Assembly (NCBI RefSeq): GCF_003334405.1
Contig: NZ_QOWM01000018.1
Source of the DNA: Escherichia coli
Lineage (GTDB): Bacteria; Pseudomonadota; Gammaproteobacteria; Enterobacterales; Enterobacteriaceae
Direction: 5' to 3' (one strand)
Length of the DNA stretch: 64,000 nt
Below, in pieces: positions 60,592 to 64,000 of this stretch. Position 1 is the first letter of the stretch. The number at the start of each line of letters is the position of its first letter. Both the position numbers and the translations under genes were made by a program. The notes under the pieces were generated by a model. The model had not been told where the DNA came from, made no database searches, and saw only the letters and a list, made by a program, of their open reading frames with translations.

Positions 60592-61053
60592 TCATCACCA
60601 TGATAACAAGCATCCATATAACCACGCCGTTAAATTACCGGAGAACCGTTTCCGTCAGATCCGACTTTCCGGAATATCACAACTTTCCGGAAGTGTACCA
60701 CGCTGAGGAAATAATCATATCGCTGTTTTCCGCCCCTGCGCGGCGCATCACAGGTCAGGGAAACAACACAACATATAGTGTCATAAGCAGCTGAATGTGG
60801 CACTACATGTTGTATTTACAGGAGGTAGCGTTGTGCGGAGATAGAGGAAGATCCGTGACCGCCGGAAACCGGATCTGCGCGGAAGAAAAGACGCAAATGA
60901 TATGATAATAAAAAACACACATAAAATCATATCAGATATGATTTTCATCATTGATGATGAAACCATATCTGATATTATCAGAAATCAGGAGCACACAAAT
61001 CATGCAGGATATTATTTTTACCTGTCAGAACATTATCAGATGGAGCGTGCAGG

Positions 61054-61311
61054 ATGGATGAAGAAAGGGGGTTTTCACTCAGTTATGAACAACTGACCCG
61101 GTTTGCGGAAAAACGCATCCGGGAATGCAATCTGGACAGCCAGGGCGCGATTTATCTCTGCGAGTCAGCCAAAGCCGGAGCCGTGCTGATCTTCTGGCAT
61201 GAACTGGCCATAAATGGCTATGCCTCAATGAATGCCATAAAGAGACAAGAGATCATTGACGCCGACTTTCAGCGCCTCAGAAACCTCATCTGGCCGGAGG
61301 ATGACAGGTAA
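61054..61311 (+). CDS. hypothetical protein
   Basis: 85 aa, preceded by overlapping 19-codon uORF 61002-61061. Confidence 0.45.
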   Translation: MDEERGFSLSYEQLTRFAEKRIRECNLDSQGAIYLCESAKAGAVLIFWHELAINGYASMNAIKRQEIIDADFQRLRNLIWPEDDR

Positions 61312-61901
61312 TGACCCAGAGCCGCCGACCGTCGCCACTGCAGCGGAGAGTGCTGATTGTGCTGGCTGCCCTTGATGAAAAACGGCCGGGCCCCGTGCTG
61401 ACGCGGGACCTGGAACGGGTGCTGGAGCGAAGCGGGGAAGCCCCGGTCTACGGGCCAAACCTGCGCGCCTCCTGCCGTCGTCTGGAGGATGCCGGCTGGC
61501 TGCGTACCCTGCGCGCCCCGAACCTGCAGCTGGCAGTGGAGCTGACGGACGCCGGCCGGGCCGTGGCACAGCCTCTGCTGCTGGCAGAACAGGACCGCAT
61601 CCGGGCAGAACAGCGTGCGGCAGAAGTCGTCGTACTGCCGCTGGTCCCGGCAGCAGGTCTGCCCGCAGGCGGCACTTCTGCCACTGATCTGGCGGTGGAG
61701 CTGAACGGCATGACGTATCAGGCCTGCCGTGGGGATTTTGTGGTGCGTCTCGACGGCAGCACCTGTCTGCAGTTATGGAATAAAGAAGGCAGAGTGGTAC
61801 GCCTGGAGGGCGATCCGCTGGAAGTGGCGCAGTGGCTGCAGGCCTGTCACGATGCCGGAATGGAGGTTCGTGTACAGGTTAATGAAAGCGTCACCCCGTA
61901 A
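61311..61901 (+). CDS. hypothetical winged-helix-like protein in GC-rich island
   Basis: 196 aa, TAATG overlap with upstream ORF; much higher GC than flanks. Confidence 0.5.
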   Translation: MTQSRRPSPLQRRVLIVLAALDEKRPGPVLTRDLERVLERSGEAPVYGPNLRASCRRLEDAGWLRTLRAPNLQLAVELTDAGRAVAQPLLLAEQDRIRAEQRAAEVVVLPLVPAAGLPAGGTSATDLAVELNGMTYQACRGDFVVRLDGSTCLQLWNKEGRVVRLEGDPLEVAQWLQACHDAGMEVRVQVNESVTP

Positions 61902-61966
61902 AAACATGCCAGCACGGTTTACACGTTATCCCATGGTGGCAGCCGGTTAACTTTCCTGCGCCACCA

Positions 61967-62284
61967 GTGGAAAGAGGCCATGCACAGTTAAGTCTTGATG
62001 TTAATCTGCGGCTGTTTTTTGCAATGGCAATCATTGTCTGTGGTTACGGCTATGTAATTATTTATATTTTTATAAAAAATACGCTCGTCTATATTTTAAC
62101 GTTGCCTGGGCTTACATGTCTCAGTTCTTTATTTTCTTTCATGGCATTTAAAGATAACAATATGTGGGTTGATTCTCCTGATTTGACGTTATCAGTAATA
62201 ACAGGCTCTTTTGCGGCTACAGTTATCTTTTATATGTTCTATTTTTTGAGTTATTCCTTTTATCGGATGGGGACGGATGAATAG
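61967..62284 (+). CDS. hypothetical small membrane protein
   Basis: 105 aa, hydrophobic, AT-rich. Confidence 0.35.
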   Translation: MERGHAQLSLDVNLRLFFAMAIIVCGYGYVIIYIFIKNTLVYILTLPGLTCLSSLFSFMAFKDNNMWVDSPDLTLSVITGSFAATVIFYMFYFLSYSFYRMGTDE

Positions 62285-62505
62285 AAAGGCCGATGACCTG
62301 CATTTAAGTAAGCGGCTAACCGTATTGATATTTACTGAGAGCTCAGTTCAACTCTCCAGCGATAACAGATCGCGTTCCCTTCCATGCCGCGCCAGCAGCA
62401 TGGAAGGCGGCATATTATCAACCATGAAAAATCACCTGGCGGAAAATTTACTAATTTATGGATTGTGATATTATTAAAGAGTAGAACAAGCCAGCTGAGG
62501 TATTT

Positions 62506-63099
62506 ATGGGAAAAAATCAGGAAGAAAGGAAGCCCCCCATCATTGTGGTGAAAAAACGTCGTACTTTTTCGCCACCTTCCTTATCCGAAAAAACAGATAT
62601 TATCGCACCTGCATTTACTGAACAGGCGGCAGAATTCCCCCCCGTCGGAATAAATTCATCTGCCGTCGAAAAACATATCCCCGAAGCACCAGCCCGGAAG
62701 AAGAAAAAGAAAAGACATCGTTTCCCACGTCCCGCCCACTGGACCCGTGAGTATACTCACGAGTGCGTGGAAAAAATAAAGACCCTGTTTCCTCATCTTC
62801 GTGCTGAAGGCGGTGGATTTATTCCCCTGAAAATTGGCATCAGCAATGATATTTCGGCATTTCTGGCAGAAAACCCGGATACAGAACTGTCCATGGACGA
62901 ATGGTTCTGTGCAGTGTCCTGCATCACCTCCCGCCGCGTATATCTGCAGCGGACCTCTGTCGCCGGCGTCCCTCGTTATGGGCTGGATGGTCATCCCGAT
63001 GGGCAGGTCTCAGAAACTGAAGCACAGAGTGCTGTTCAAAGACTGGCGATAATAGAACAACGGTGGCTCAGGATGAAGGAACGGCAGACTGAGCAATAA
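62506..63099 (+). CDS. ProQ/FinO-domain RNA-binding protein (FopA/FinO-like)
   Basis: 197 aa; Lys/Arg-rich N-terminus then FinO-like pattern (TLFPHLRAEGGGFIPLKIGISNDISAFLAEN, RRVYLQRTSVAGVPRYGLDGHPDG). Confidence 0.55.
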   Translation: MGKNQEERKPPIIVVKKRRTFSPPSLSEKTDIIAPAFTEQAAEFPPVGINSSAVEKHIPEAPARKKKKKRHRFPRPAHWTREYTHECVEKIKTLFPHLRAEGGGFIPLKIGISNDISAFLAENPDTELSMDEWFCAVSCITSRRVYLQRTSVAGVPRYGLDGHPDGQVSETEAQSAVQRLAIIEQRWLRMKERQTEQ

Positions 63100-63380
63100 A
63101 CATTTCAGATAACATCATGACATTGTGTATCAGAGTCTGCTTACAGACTCATGGATGCCACCAAAGGCTCATCAGATGTAAGGCAGAAGCGACGTAACTG
63201 CCTTTTGAAAGGAAAAAAGCGACCGCAAGGATGCAATGGATATCTGCCGCATACTGAAATAAAGTAACAAAAAAATCACCACAATCACGGGGGCTTCCTT
63301 CCTGTACTCAGGCCATACCCCCCGCCCGGATAAATTTCTCAATCAACAATACAATAAAACTGTGGATAATATCATCATGA

Positions 63381-63989
63381 TTAACGCATAATTACCCGTG
63401 ATTCTTTCCTGGTAACGTAAGTACAGTTATCCGGAACCTCCTCCATAATAAAAGACATGGCTCCAATTTTTACATTACTGCCTATTTTTACGTTAAGCCC
63501 GATAATACACGTATGGGCACCTACATCGACATTATCACCAATAACGATATAATTCTCTCTGCTGTCAGATTCCTTTTCGCCAATGGTCGTATTCTGCCGT
63601 ATAATCACATTCTCACCGATCTTTACATTACCGTGAATGACGACACCTGAATGGTGGGGCAGCACGAGTCCTTTACCAATCTGCGCCCCCAGGCCAATAT
63701 CACATCCATACTTTGCCATAAGCGCATTTTTTATCTTGATCGCACATTTTCGTTGTTTTTTATTCCCCGATATATACATTTCATTAGCCAGACGCCACCA
63801 CAGAAGAAAACCTCTCTGCCTCTGCATACCGTTCCTGATAAGCCGGTGAAAAACAAACTTATCCCGCATGATAACTTCTGCTTTCCAGTATTCCAGAAGA
63901 TGACGTTTTTTTCCTGATAATAAAAATGTACCAATATGGATATAAGAAATAGGATTTTTTATCAGCATACGCAAATTTTCAGAAAACAA
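63381..63989 (-). CDS. hexapeptide-repeat acyl/acetyltransferase (left-handed beta-helix)
   Basis: repeated [LIV]G.N..IG hexapeptides (VVIHGNVKIGENVII, IVIGDNVDVGAHTCIIGLNVKIGSNVKIG); AT-rich; possible internal start at 63869. Confidence 0.6.
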   Translation of the reverse strand: MFSENLRMLIKNPISYIHIGTFLLSGKKRHLLEYWKAEVIMRDKFVFHRLIRNGMQRQRGFLLWWRLANEMYISGNKKQRKCAIKIKNALMAKYGCDIGLGAQIGKGLVLPHHSGVVIHGNVKIGENVIIRQNTTIGEKESDSRENYIVIGDNVDVGAHTCIIGLNVKIGSNVKIGAMSFIMEEVPDNCTYVTRKESRVIMR

Positions 63990-64000
63990 TGAATACAGAT

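Noticed and set aside
61002-61901. repY-repZ replication control module
   Set aside because: The leader-peptide arrangement is similar, but the downstream ORFs (85 and 196 aa) are too short and show no initiator features

Overview
The window is one continuous stretch of an IncI1-type (R64/ColIb-P9-like) conjugative plasmid backbone. It opens inside the PilV shufflon (six 19-bp sfx sites, five alternative PilV C-terminal exons), followed by the shufflon recombinase rci and a ~24-kb plus-strand tra operon (traE-traK, nuc, sog primase, traL-traY, excA) encoding a Dot/Icm-like type IVB secretion system. A short AT-rich spacer carries the Hok-family toxin pndA and a second candidate small peptide/sRNA pair, then trbABC, the convergent relaxosome genes nikB/nikA and oriT (~37.5 kb). 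Right of oriT is a ~16-kb leading region with almost all genes on the minus strand (ssb, psiB, psiA, ardA, a KlcA/ArdB-like gene, a ParB-like protein, an orphan DNA methyltransferase, an Rpn nuclease and about ten unassigned ORFs), interleaved with two families of long structured repeats that look like single-strand promoters. The window ends with the SOS-regulated impCAB operon, two partition cassettes, a tyrosine-recombinase resolution module, a FinO-domain protein and an AT-rich acetyltransferase. tra/trb gene names are assigned from gene order plus visible motifs; nothing was searched against a database. The most interesting unexplained items are a candidate type I toxin-like peptide with a divergent complementary sRNA (28.45-28.89 kb), a free-standing RpnS-like ORF beside rpn, and the unassigned leading-region ORFs sitting behind ssDNA-promoter-like elements (candidate anti-defence genes).
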